Under the pieces are notes generated by a model, which was not told the origin of the DNA, searched no databases, and saw only the letters and a program-made list of their open reading frames with translations. The translations under genes were made by a program, and so were the position numbers. A DNA stretch of 64,000 nt. Origin: Oscillospiraceae bacterium (lineage in GTDB: Bacteria > Bacillota > Clostridia > Oscillospirales > Oscillospiraceae). Numbering within the stretch: position 1 is the first letter of the stretch; every line of letters begins with the position of its first letter. The stretch lies in contig JAZOBQ010000016.1 in NCBI GenBank assembly GCA_045596005.1, positions 1,783 to 65,782 on the forward strand. Direction: 5' to 3'. Positions 18,638 to 27,735 of this stretch are shown one piece after another.

Positions 18638-20005
18638 TCAGGAGGGGTCTTTTATCTCATAATCGTTTATCCAGGCGACGCAGCCGGGAAGATTCTTGCC
18701 CCAGCCTTCTTCCTTCTTGACTGTGCTCCAATTGCCGGCAGAGCCGTTATAGTAGAGCGTTCTCAGCTCACTTGTGCCGTAGAAAAATTCGGAGCCTACG
18801 GTTTTTAGAGTACGGGGAAGGGAGAGCTTCGTCATGGATTCGCAGTTATAGAAAGCGCGGGTGCCGATGTTCTCGAGGCCTTCAGGCAGGATCATTTCAA
18901 GAAGGTTTTTACAGCCGTAAAAACCTTGCTCTCCAATAGAAAGCACCTGAGCGCCGAGTTTTACAGCTTCGAGGCTTTCGCAGTCCTTGAAGCTCGCAAA
19001 GCCAACGGATGAGCCGCACTCAAGGGTCTTAAGCTCGCTGCAGCCGTTGAAAAGGAGATCGCCCATGGTTTCAACATTAGAGCCTATCCTTGCCGTTACT
19101 ATTCCGGTGCAGCCGGAGAACGCGCGGCTGCCGATCACGGTGACGCTTTCGGGAAGCGTGACTTCCTTAAGTTTTGCGCAGTCTGCGAAGGCATAGTCGC
19201 CGATGGTTTTGAGGTTTTCGGAAAAGCTTACATTCTGCAGCTCGCTGCAGCCGCTGAAGGCGTGGCTTTCGAGATGCTCAACGCTGTCTTCGAGAACGAG
19301 GCTGACGAGCTTTGTATTGTTGCTCAGCGCGGCTGCGCTGACATTGCAGGCCACGCGAAGACTGGTAAGACCGGTGCAGGCATCGAAAACGCAGTTGCCG
19401 AGCTGCTGAATGCTGCTACCGAGAATGGCGTTTTTAAGCTCGCTGCAGCCGGAGAATACATAAGAGCCGACGGTCTTGATATTGCCGCCGAGGTTGACGT
19501 CAGTAAGCTTGACGCAGCCGGAAAAAGCATAGTCTGCGATCTCCTCAAGTCCGCTGCCGAAATCGATCTGGGTGAGCTCACTGCAGTTTGCAAAGGCGTA
19601 GTACTCAATTTTGCGTACACTGTCGCCGATGATGATCTTCTGCACCTTGTCAGCTTTGGCGAATACTTTTTCACCGATGAGACTGACTCCGTCGCCGATC
19701 TCGATGATGGTAATGCTGTCGACAAAGTCTTTGAATGCCGTGGTATCGGTAATGCTCTGGGTGATATCCGCACCGCTGAGCAGGAGTCTGCCGTCCTCGT
19801 ATAAGGAGAACAAAACGCCGCTGCCAAGCATTTCCTCATAAATTACGATGGGTTCGTTTCGGCTATAGTTTCCGTCGGACTGAGTGCTCTGGCTGGGCTG
19901 GGTCTCCAGTGCGGGAAGGCTTTCGGGGTCGGGACCTGAGCTGCCGCAGCCGACCATGAGCAGGGCGAGGGAAAGAGAGAGTCCCAGAATGATTCTTTTC
20001 ATCAT
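18638..20005 (-). CDS. lipoprotein with BspA-type leucine-rich repeats
   Basis: 455 aa. Lipobox 'LLMVGC'. About 12 tandem ~23-aa repeats of the form 'I.IGD.AF..C..L..V.LP.S' (e.g. VTLPESVTVIGSRAFSGCTGI). Confidence 0.85.
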   Translation of the reverse strand: MMKRIILGLSLSLALLMVGCGSSGPDPESLPALETQPSQSTQSDGNYSRNEPIVIYEEMLGSGVLFSLYEDGRLLLSGADITQSITDTTAFKDFVDSITIIEIGDGVSLIGEKVFAKADKVQKIIIGDSVRKIEYYAFANCSELTQIDFGSGLEEIADYAFSGCVKLTDVNLGGNIKTVGSYVFSGCSELKNAILGSSIQQLGNCVFDACTGLTSLRVACNVSAAALSNNTKLVSLVLEDSVEHLESHAFSGCSELQNVSFSENLKTIGDYAFADCAKLKEVTLPESVTVIGSRAFSGCTGIVTARIGSNVETMGDLLFNGCSELKTLECGSSVGFASFKDCESLEAVKLGAQVLSIGEQGFYGCKNLLEMILPEGLENIGTRAFYNCESMTKLSLPRTLKTVGSEFFYGTSELRTLYYNGSAGNWSTVKKEEGWGKNLPGCVAWINDYEIKDPS

Positions 20006-20014
20006 AATATCTCC

Positions 20015-21370
20015 TCAGATGGTGATATGCACAAATGTAAGGGTGGTGGAGCCGAGACGGATCTGATCTCCGCATTTGAGCTGAGCGGAAGTGCCGCGAG
20101 CGAGCTTGCTGCCATTCAGATAGCTGCCGTTGCCGCCCTCCGGACTTTCGTCGACGAGGTGGAAAGCGTCCCCACTGCGCCTTACAAGGGCGTGTGCGGC
20201 GCGGTGTATCTTTACGTCTGCCAGAGTGCCGTCGGGCCATTTGCTGTTTCGGTTCAAGGGCAAAGTCTCGCTTTCCAACAGCTTGACGGCACCACTGCTT
20301 CCGTTCATGAGCAAAGCCGCGAAGCCATTATCGAGTATTTTGCGTGCCTGCGCGCCGGTTACAAGAATGAGCGCTTCATCGTTGAGACGGAAAAGGGCAG
20401 GCGTTTCAAGCTGTATATGCTTGCCGGACTCAATCGCTTCACCCTTGATGAAAGTGCCGTTTGACGAACCGGAGTCTTTCAGGAAATATTTCTGATTATA
20501 CTGCAATATTTCCGCGTGGAGCTTGCTGATGGACTTGTTGCCCTCGATGACAATGTCGCACTTGATGGGAGAGCGGCCGATTATTGTCTGCGGCTTTTTC
20601 AGTATGTATGCCTTTTCTGCTGCCGGATGGAGCAAAACGGCTGGGATCTGGTTTACAACGCGGACGGTCGCGTCTGCGTCGGACTCATAACCGTCACAGA
20701 CGGTCATGTCGCCGGGATCGCACTCAAAAACTGTGTGGTTGTCGGCTTCATCGCCAAGATCCGCGTAAGAGTTGTTTTCCGGTTCCGGTTCGGGCTTGGA
20801 GAGATCCTTGAGCACGAAGTTTTTGATATCAAATGCCGGAGTTCGCTCCTTTTTCTGAACGGGAGCAGGCTCGTTTTTCGGCGGCTGCTCTTTTTGGGGC
20901 ACGGCATCCGGCTTGAGGCGCAGCGAGCCGGCCGGTGCTTTGCAGGCAGTAAATTCAGCGGTCTCGCAGAGCTTGGCGATGAGAGCGGCGTCGCCGGGAT
21001 AGTCGCTGCAGCGAAGATAATGAAGGTGGCTCAGCTGCATGCGCAGACCCTTGGGCAGCTCCGCATTGTCGATCAGAACGGGAATGACCTTCTTATTGCA
21101 TTTAAGTGCGTAGACTATCTCGCTTTTGCAGTTGTGGGAGAGACTGGAATCAGCGGAGATGAAAGCGACGACGACTTTGGCGTCTTCGAGATGACTTTCA
21201 ATGTTGTCCAGCCAGTCGTCGCCGGCGTGGTTTCCGTCATCATACCAGATGCGGTAGCCGCCTAGAACGACCTGCTCGAAAAAAGGATAGAGCTTTGCCT
21301 TGTCCTTGTGGCAATAACTCATGAAGATATAAGGTTCTTTTCCCTCATAGGGGATGGCGCGACAAATCAT
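20015..21370 (-). CDS. TIR domain protein with two C-terminal FHA domains
   Basis: 451 aa. The N-terminus 'YIFMSYCHKDKAKLYPFFEQVVLGGYRIWYDD..GDDWLDNIESHLEDAKVVVAFISADSSLSHNCKSEIVYAL' has the TIR_2 pattern, including the conserved Glu after 'C.SE'. FHA1 is 'IIGRS..CDIVI.GNKSISKLHAEI......FLKDSGSSNGTFI'. FHA2 is degenerate ('HLVDESPEGGNGSYLNGSKL'). The RBS overlaps the STAS stop. Confidence 0.85.
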   Translation of the reverse strand: MICRAIPYEGKEPYIFMSYCHKDKAKLYPFFEQVVLGGYRIWYDDGNHAGDDWLDNIESHLEDAKVVVAFISADSSLSHNCKSEIVYALKCNKKVIPVLIDNAELPKGLRMQLSHLHYLRCSDYPGDAALIAKLCETAEFTACKAPAGSLRLKPDAVPQKEQPPKNEPAPVQKKERTPAFDIKNFVLKDLSKPEPEPENNSYADLGDEADNHTVFECDPGDMTVCDGYESDADATVRVVNQIPAVLLHPAAEKAYILKKPQTIIGRSPIKCDIVIEGNKSISKLHAEILQYNQKYFLKDSGSSNGTFIKGEAIESGKHIQLETPALFRLNDEALILVTGAQARKILDNGFAALLMNGSSGAVKLLESETLPLNRNSKWPDGTLADVKIHRAAHALVRRSGDAFHLVDESPEGGNGSYLNGSKLARGTSAQLKCGDQIRLGSTTLTFVHITI

Positions 21371-21385
21371 ACTTATCTCATCTCC

Positions 21386-21751
21386 TTAGTCTTCTATCAT
21401 AAGAAGCTCGGTTATGCCGGTCTCGTCCATTTCGCGGTAGACAGCATCGGGGATATTCTTAAGGACAATTTCACCGCGGCGGAAATGGTCAATAAGCTGC
21501 TGGGAATTGAGCAGGGCGTTCAAAACGGAGGGGGAGATAAAGCTGACTTCGCCAAAATCCAGATTCACTCTGACGCCAACGGTCGTGAAAGCGTCAAGCT
21601 CGTCCTGAATGTGGTGCGCGGCCTCGCTTCTGAGCTCACCCTTGAGTTTTATGAGGATACCGCCGTCGGTTTCAAGTTCCTCTGCGCTCAAAACCAGCTT
21701 TTCTCCGTCGTAAAACAGCATGGTGTCGTCCTGTATTTTTCTTGTAAGCAT
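21386..21751 (-). CDS. STAS-domain protein (anti-sigma-factor-antagonist-like)
   Basis: 121 aa. 'LIKLKGELRSEAAHHIQDELD......VNLDFGEVSFISPSVLNALL' fits the SpoIIAA/RsbV fold pattern, with a Ser at the usual phospho-site position. GAGGTG RBS. Confidence 0.75.
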   Translation of the reverse strand: MLTRKIQDDTMLFYDGEKLVLSAEELETDGGILIKLKGELRSEAAHHIQDELDAFTTVGVRVNLDFGEVSFISPSVLNALLNSQQLIDHFRRGEIVLKNIPDAVYREMDETGITELLMIED

Positions 21752-21762
21752 GCTTTTTCACC

Positions 21763-24714
21763 TCATTCCGCTATCTGACGGCTTGCAAGGGCATAAAACA
21801 TTCCGTTTTTGTCCTGCATCAGGGAGTCATAGCTGCCCTCCTGAATCACTTCGCCGTCGTTCATAACAATGATGCGGTCGCAGTTTTTGATGGTGCTGAG
21901 TCGGTGTGCAACGACTATTCTTGTGACCTTCATTTTGTCGAGGCTACTGCTGACAGCGGCCTGGGTCATATTATCAAGAGCGCTGGTCGCCTCGTCGAAA
22001 ATCAGTATTTTCGGATTGCCGCAGATGGCGCGTGCTATAAGTATTCGCTGCTGCTGGCCGCCGGAAATGGTGCTGCAGTTTTCGCTCAGCATTGTGTGAA
22101 GTCCCATGGGCATCTGAGCGATATCCTCTTTGAGACCGACCTGCTGCACAACTTCGTTTACGCGGGCAAGCTTGGCTTCGGGAGCGGTTATGGTGATATT
22201 CTCGTAAATCGTGCCGGAAATGAGCCTTCCGTTCTGGAGTACAACGCCGAGCTGACGTCGGTATGCGCCCTTGTTGATGGAACGCAGGTCTTTTTTGTCG
22301 ACCGTTACCATGCCGCTTTGAGGAGCTTCGAAGCCGAGAAGAAGCTTGAGCAAGGTGGATTTTCCGCAGCCGGAGGGGCCAACGATGCCGACGTATTCGC
22401 CGGGACGGATATCAATGGAAATGTCGTTGAGGACATTTTTGCCGCCCTTGTCATAGGCAAAGCTGACGTGCTCAAGGCTGAGTCCGCCGCTGAGCATGCC
22501 GGGCATTTCCTTCGATTCGTCATCTTCGGGCACTGTGGAGAAAACGGGCCAGAAGCGCATGATCTCGTTTCGCTCCTTGAAGAGCTGCATGGCTTCACCG
22601 ACGAGTGAGTCAAGTGCGCCGGTGAAGGCGCCGAAAGCGGAGTTGAAAGCGACAAAGGTGCCGACGGAAATGCTTCCGAAATCAAGCTTTCTGATAATGT
22701 ACCAGTAAAGCACCATCGAGAAAACGGACTTGATAACGGTGGAGATCGCCTCTTCAACGGAGATGAGGCGGTTGACGCGGATCTCCTCGTACTGCTGACG
22801 GGCGTAGGGGCGCATGAAAGACAGCAGCGCGCGTTCTTCGACTCCTGCCATGCGTATCTTGTCAACACCGCTCAGATACTGATAAAGCTTGCTTCCGGAC
22901 TCGGACTCCGCCTCCGCGATGCGGAGCTGAGCCTTGTTCACGGTGGCGGTGATAGCCACGACGATGATGAGGTAAACGGCGTATATTCCGAGGCTGACTC
23001 CCGTGAGTTTGCCGCTGTAGCTGAACATACGGATAAGGTAAAACACGGAGAAAACAGCGGAAATGCCGCTGACGATCAATGTGTTTGCATAAGCGGAGGC
23101 GGTTTGTCCAATGCCGGAAACGCGTCCGGCGAGGTCGGCGCTGTCATAGGCGCGGAAGAAAGATTCCGGCAGGTGGAACAGACGGTGGTAAACCGCGTTT
23201 TGCAGTTCGTTGCCGACCCGACTCGTCATACGGTATGCGAATAGGTTTTTGACGATGGAGAAAGCAACGTTGCCTATCATAAAGGTGAGCATAACAAGAC
23301 AAAGCTGGGTAAGATTGCCGATGTTGCCCACGGGAATATAGTCGTCATATATCATTCCGTTGAGCGTGGGGATAAGCACGCCTATCAGCGAGCATAAGAT
23401 GACAAGAACGATATACGGTCTGAGGTCGCGGGGCTTGATGCTTTTTTTGCAGAAGCTGATTACGTCCTTTTTGTTCAGAGACTTCAGCGGAAGCGTTCTG
23501 CCGATGGACCAGGCCTGGGGCGAGATCTGCTGCGCAAGCTCGGGTGTGAGCGGAGAGATGCTGTCATCGGAGCAGCGAAAAAACATATATTTTCCCTTTT
23601 TGTCGGGCACGACAGCGACGGTTTCTTTGTCCAGCGTGCCGACAAGTCCGCCGCAGTCGGATTTATACCACTCCGCGTCGAGAACGACCTTTCTGCAGAT
23701 GAAATTCGATGCGCGTGCGATCTCACTGAGCTCGGGATTCTTGCCGCAGCGGGTGTGAAGCTCGTCGGCCTTTATAAGTGAGATGCCGCTATGTCTGCAC
23801 ACAAACTGGAGAGCCTGATAGTAGTCGTTTCCGCTTTGCTCGGACTGGCCGAGATCGGAAAAGGTGTCTTTCAGTACGTTTACGACCTTTTGGCGGGACT
23901 CACTGTCTGCGCTGTCGGCTTTGATGATGAAGCCTTTGTCCTTGACAACGATCTGCTTCGTGTAAAACTCAATGAGACTGTTTTCGAAGCCTTCCTGCTC
24001 GTATGTGGAAATACCGCGGCGCATAAGGAACTCTCTGTGCAGTTCGGCGGTCGCGCCTCCGGCCACGGGCGAGAGTACAGCGTCATCTCCGGAGGTCTTG
24101 ATCTGCAGACGCCAGTTTTTGTGGTTTATATCCCTGAAAACAAGCGCAGGGATCAATTTCTGCTCGTCTCCGGATTTGAGCTCGCAATAGAAAACGGGTT
24201 TGCCTGCCCGTCCGTTTTCCAAAGGGACTATGGAGACAAAAACCTCGCCTTTTTCAAGGAGATAGGCTTCGCCTGTCTCCCGGGAAAGAAAGGTGTCCGT
24301 GCTGGAGAGGATGATCTTTTCGCTGAGACGGCAGCGTTCATAATAGTCGAGCAGACTTCCTGCAAAACCGAGACTGTCAAAGCCGGAGATTTCCCTGCGG
24401 CCGAGAAAGTTTTTGTAAAGTACGCTCGTGGCGCTGTTGTGGGATACGCTGAGCATGGCCTCGCCGCCCTCAGCCTTTATGAGCAGATACCAGCTGCGCT
24501 GAAGCTCGTCCTCATGGGCGAGCGAAGGAACGGCTCTTTGCCTGTCGCTGTCCTTGACGGAGGCGTAGAAACAGGCCTCGCCGTATTTTCCGTTTTCAAC
24601 AGGGATGATATATACAAGAACTTCTCCCTTTTTTACGCGGTAGACCGCGTTGGGAGACTGGGAGAGGATATACTCATTTTCGGCCAAAACGATTTCGTTT
24701 GTGTTTTCGTTCAT
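21763..24714 (-). CDS. NHLM/NHLP-type bacteriocin export ABC transporter (permease/ATPase) with duplicated N-terminal beta-barrel module and a Cys-less C39-like domain
   Basis: 983 aa. Walker A 'GPSGCGKST', signature 'LSGGQQQR' and a 6-TM exporter core. The N-terminal ~260 aa are two copies of a ~115-aa module ('KKGEVLVYIIPVENGKYGEACFY' / 'EKGEVFVSIVPLENGRAGKPVFY'). Confidence 0.9.
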   Translation of the reverse strand: MNENTNEIVLAENEYILSQSPNAVYRVKKGEVLVYIIPVENGKYGEACFYASVKDSDRQRAVPSLAHEDELQRSWYLLIKAEGGEAMLSVSHNSATSVLYKNFLGRREISGFDSLGFAGSLLDYYERCRLSEKIILSSTDTFLSRETGEAYLLEKGEVFVSIVPLENGRAGKPVFYCELKSGDEQKLIPALVFRDINHKNWRLQIKTSGDDAVLSPVAGGATAELHREFLMRRGISTYEQEGFENSLIEFYTKQIVVKDKGFIIKADSADSESRQKVVNVLKDTFSDLGQSEQSGNDYYQALQFVCRHSGISLIKADELHTRCGKNPELSEIARASNFICRKVVLDAEWYKSDCGGLVGTLDKETVAVVPDKKGKYMFFRCSDDSISPLTPELAQQISPQAWSIGRTLPLKSLNKKDVISFCKKSIKPRDLRPYIVLVILCSLIGVLIPTLNGMIYDDYIPVGNIGNLTQLCLVMLTFMIGNVAFSIVKNLFAYRMTSRVGNELQNAVYHRLFHLPESFFRAYDSADLAGRVSGIGQTASAYANTLIVSGISAVFSVFYLIRMFSYSGKLTGVSLGIYAVYLIIVVAITATVNKAQLRIAEAESESGSKLYQYLSGVDKIRMAGVEERALLSFMRPYARQQYEEIRVNRLISVEEAISTVIKSVFSMVLYWYIIRKLDFGSISVGTFVAFNSAFGAFTGALDSLVGEAMQLFKERNEIMRFWPVFSTVPEDDESKEMPGMLSGGLSLEHVSFAYDKGGKNVLNDISIDIRPGEYVGIVGPSGCGKSTLLKLLLGFEAPQSGMVTVDKKDLRSINKGAYRRQLGVVLQNGRLISGTIYENITITAPEAKLARVNEVVQQVGLKEDIAQMPMGLHTMLSENCSTISGGQQQRILIARAICGNPKILIFDEATSALDNMTQAAVSSSLDKMKVTRIVVAHRLSTIKNCDRIIVMNDGEVIQEGSYDSLMQDKNGMFYALASRQIAE

Positions 24715-24731
24715 TGAGATACCCTCCCTCC

Positions 24732-26906
24732 TTAAATATTCTGTACGAAGGTTCTGTAAATGCCTTCTTCCTGCATCAGTGATTTGTGGGTGCCGCGCTG
24801 GACTATCTTGCCGTTTCTCATGACAACGATCTGGTTGCAGTCGCGGAATGCGCTCAGACGGTGGGCGACGATGATGCAGGTGATGCCGCGGCGTCTTATG
24901 TTGCTGAGCACCTGTTTTTCGACTACGGGGTCGAGCGCGGAAGTGGCCTCGTCCATAACGAGAATACTGGGGTTTGTGGCAAGGGCGCGTGCGATCTCAA
25001 GGCGCTGACGCTGACCTCCGGAAAGATTCATGGCGTTTTCGTTAAGCACATAATCGTAAGCGCCGGGACAGCTTATGATGAAATCGTGGATGCAGGCGTC
25101 CTTGGCGGCGAGGATCATATCCTCCTCCAGAATGGCTGAATTCCACATCGTGAGATTATCGCGGATGCTGCCGGAGAAGAGTGTGATATTCTGGCTCACT
25201 GTGGCCACGCTGGCATTGAGGCAGCTTTTGGATATCGTTTCGATGGGTGCGCCGTCGAGAAGGATCTGACCGCCCCAGGGATGATAAAGACCGCTCACCA
25301 GCTTCGAAACCGTGGACTTGCCGCAGCCGGATGGACCGACAAAGGCGATGCTCTCGCCGCTGTAAAGATGGAAACTGAACCCTTCGACAAGTGCGGGTTT
25401 GAGCGCGCTGTATCCAAAGGAAACGTCGCGCAGTTCGATCTCGCCGCTGAGTTTTTTCTGTGCGGAGCGGACGGAGCTCTGCTCATAGCGAGCGTCTTCG
25501 GGGTATTTCTGAACGTCCTCCACACGCGTGATGCTGGCTTTCATGGTCTGGATCTTCTGAGCAAAGGTGACGAGTTTGTTAACGGGCTCGATGAATGAGT
25601 CGAAGAGGGAGCAGAATGCGGTGAGACCACCGAGACTCAGACTTCCGGTGATGACAAGGATACCGCCGACGAGCAGATGCAATATGTCGGTGATGTTGCC
25701 CGCGGTTTCGGGGACTGCGTTCAGAACACGCTGGAAAGCGCTCTGCTTTTGCTCAAGGTTGGAGTGCTTGACCTGATAGCCGAGTACGCGGGAGACATAT
25801 TCATTTTCGGCGCCGGAGGCTTTGAGCGTGTCGGTGATGCTAAGTCCGGCACAGACCGCGCCGTAAAGCTTGCCGCCGCTCATCTGCTGCTTGATGGAAG
25901 ATTCGGAAATGAATCTGCGGCTGAGTACAACAACGGCTATGCAGACCGCAACGTTGAGAAGACCGATGAGCGTCATCAAAGGGCTGTAAAACAGCAAAAC
26001 TATGAGATAAAAAGCCGCAACGATTATGTTCAGAACTGTTTCCGCAAGGTCACCTGCGAGAAACGCGCTGACTTCGGTGTTGCTGTTCATTCGGCTGACG
26101 AGATCGCCGGCATAGCGCTGGTCGAAAAAGCTCATGGGAAGATGCAGCATATGGGTCAGAAACTTCACTCCGGAGGTGAGTGTAAGCTTGCTGCGGAGTT
26201 TCTGGAGAATGAGGTCTCTGTAATAATGCAGACCCAGCTTGAGCGCAGCCAGCAGTCCCATGAACACGAGAATTTTCGTGAGCCAGTCCGTGTAACCGGC
26301 CGCAAGAATGTCATCGATGAACATCTGCGACAATACGGGCAGGACGAGGCCGGGGAACACCATGAGAAGTCCTATGTAGAAAAGTTTGAACAAAACGCCG
26401 TACTGTCCGCTCAGCCTCTGGCGGAGCATATCCCATGCGGTGTTTTGCTTTTTTTCTTTTTCAAAAGCATCTGTAAGCATAAATGTGAGCACAACGCCGG
26501 TGAAACCCTCGTCGAACTCCTCCCATGTCAGCCTGCGGCGGCCCACAGCGGGGTCGTTGAGATAGACGTATTCTTTTTTGTTTTTGCCGCTGCCTTTGGA
26601 CTTGAAACCTTCGAGCACAACAAAGTGGCAGAAGTTCCAGTGGACGATGCAGGGCATGTCAAATTCGCGGAGAGCTTCCGGCTCTTTGCGGAAACCTCTG
26701 CATTCAAGACCATATTTCTTGGCGGCTCGCATGATATTGCCGGCGTTGCAGCCGTCACGAGAAACGCCGGTTTCTATTCGCATCTGTTCCAGAGGGAGAA
26801 ATTTGCCGAAATAGGAGAATATCATCGACAGCGATGCAGCCCCGCATTCGGTAGCTTCCATCTGAAAGACGCTGGGTGTCTTTCTGTAATTGGCCATATC
26901 AGTCAC
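24732..26906 (-). CDS. peptidase-containing ABC transporter (C39 double-glycine peptidase + exporter), NHLM type
   Basis: 724 aa. The N-terminus 'PSVFQMEATECGAASLSMIFSYFG' carries the catalytic Cys of the C39 domain. Walker A 'GPSGCGKST' and signature 'LSGGQRQR'. Confidence 0.9.
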   Translation of the reverse strand: MTDMANYRKTPSVFQMEATECGAASLSMIFSYFGKFLPLEQMRIETGVSRDGCNAGNIMRAAKKYGLECRGFRKEPEALREFDMPCIVHWNFCHFVVLEGFKSKGSGKNKKEYVYLNDPAVGRRRLTWEEFDEGFTGVVLTFMLTDAFEKEKKQNTAWDMLRQRLSGQYGVLFKLFYIGLLMVFPGLVLPVLSQMFIDDILAAGYTDWLTKILVFMGLLAALKLGLHYYRDLILQKLRSKLTLTSGVKFLTHMLHLPMSFFDQRYAGDLVSRMNSNTEVSAFLAGDLAETVLNIIVAAFYLIVLLFYSPLMTLIGLLNVAVCIAVVVLSRRFISESSIKQQMSGGKLYGAVCAGLSITDTLKASGAENEYVSRVLGYQVKHSNLEQKQSAFQRVLNAVPETAGNITDILHLLVGGILVITGSLSLGGLTAFCSLFDSFIEPVNKLVTFAQKIQTMKASITRVEDVQKYPEDARYEQSSVRSAQKKLSGEIELRDVSFGYSALKPALVEGFSFHLYSGESIAFVGPSGCGKSTVSKLVSGLYHPWGGQILLDGAPIETISKSCLNASVATVSQNITLFSGSIRDNLTMWNSAILEEDMILAAKDACIHDFIISCPGAYDYVLNENAMNLSGGQRQRLEIARALATNPSILVMDEATSALDPVVEKQVLSNIRRRGITCIIVAHRLSAFRDCNQIVVMRNGKIVQRGTHKSLMQEEGIYRTFVQNI

Positions 26907-27735
26907 CCCAGATATCGCTGAGCTTGGAGAAAAGTTTGGTGATGGGGGCGACCTCGTCGGTCACTATTCTGGCGGTGACGAGACTGCCGTTTTGTACATT
27001 GACGGTGGAACCCTTGTCGTTGGACCAGTAGTAGCCGCTGAGGGTATTGGCGTCGGGGTAAAGCTCACATGCGACGGCTACAACTGCACCGTCGCGCACG
27101 AATATGGATTCAAGGTTGTTGCCGCTGCCTATGACGCTGGCCATGGCTTCGCTGGGGGTCGCATAGGCGTCGATATTGATGACACGGGCGACCATATTGC
27201 CGTAGGAACTGCTGTCGAGGGAGTCAAGCGTGACATTTACCTGCATGCCGCGCTCGAGTTTTTTCGCGTTGGCAAGAGGAACGTAGCAGACGATCATCTG
27301 CGAAGCCTGGGAGGTGGGGGATACGCGGATTATATCCTTTCCAGGAGTGAACTTGTCGTCATTTTGGACTGCGATCTCGGAAACGACACCGACCTGGTCT
27401 GAATATACGACAACGACTTCGTTGGAGGAATTGCGGTAGGTCATGACAGGGTCGCCGAGATGCACTTCGTCTCCGGCGCGGACGCGCACGGATACGACGG
27501 TACCAGCATCCTGAGTATAGACGGAGTTGGATCCGACTACAGAACTGACAAGGCCCTTCGCGGTGACCGTCTCGGGGATAGTTCCGACAAAGGACCAGAT
27601 AAGGCTTATTACAATAATAAAAGTAATGCCGATAAGAGCGAGCCAGGACATTGGTGAGGTGATTTTGAGCACCTTGTCGAGCTGCTCGGGATTGGACATT
27701 CTTTCGAGAGATGATTTTCTGTAGAGATCAGCCAT
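26899..27735 (-). CDS. HlyD-family secretion adaptor (NHLM bacteriocin system type)
   Basis: 278 aa. One N-terminal TM segment ('WLALIGITFIIVISLIWSFVG') followed by a beta-rich barrel-sandwich region. It overlaps both neighbouring genes by 8 nt. Confidence 0.8.
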   Translation of the reverse strand: MADLYRKSSLERMSNPEQLDKVLKITSPMSWLALIGITFIIVISLIWSFVGTIPETVTAKGLVSSVVGSNSVYTQDAGTVVSVRVRAGDEVHLGDPVMTYRNSSNEVVVVYSDQVGVVSEIAVQNDDKFTPGKDIIRVSPTSQASQMIVCYVPLANAKKLERGMQVNVTLDSLDSSSYGNMVARVINIDAYATPSEAMASVIGSGNNLESIFVRDGAVVAVACELYPDANTLSGYYWSNDKGSTVNVQNGSLVTARIVTDEVAPITKLFSKLSDIWGD

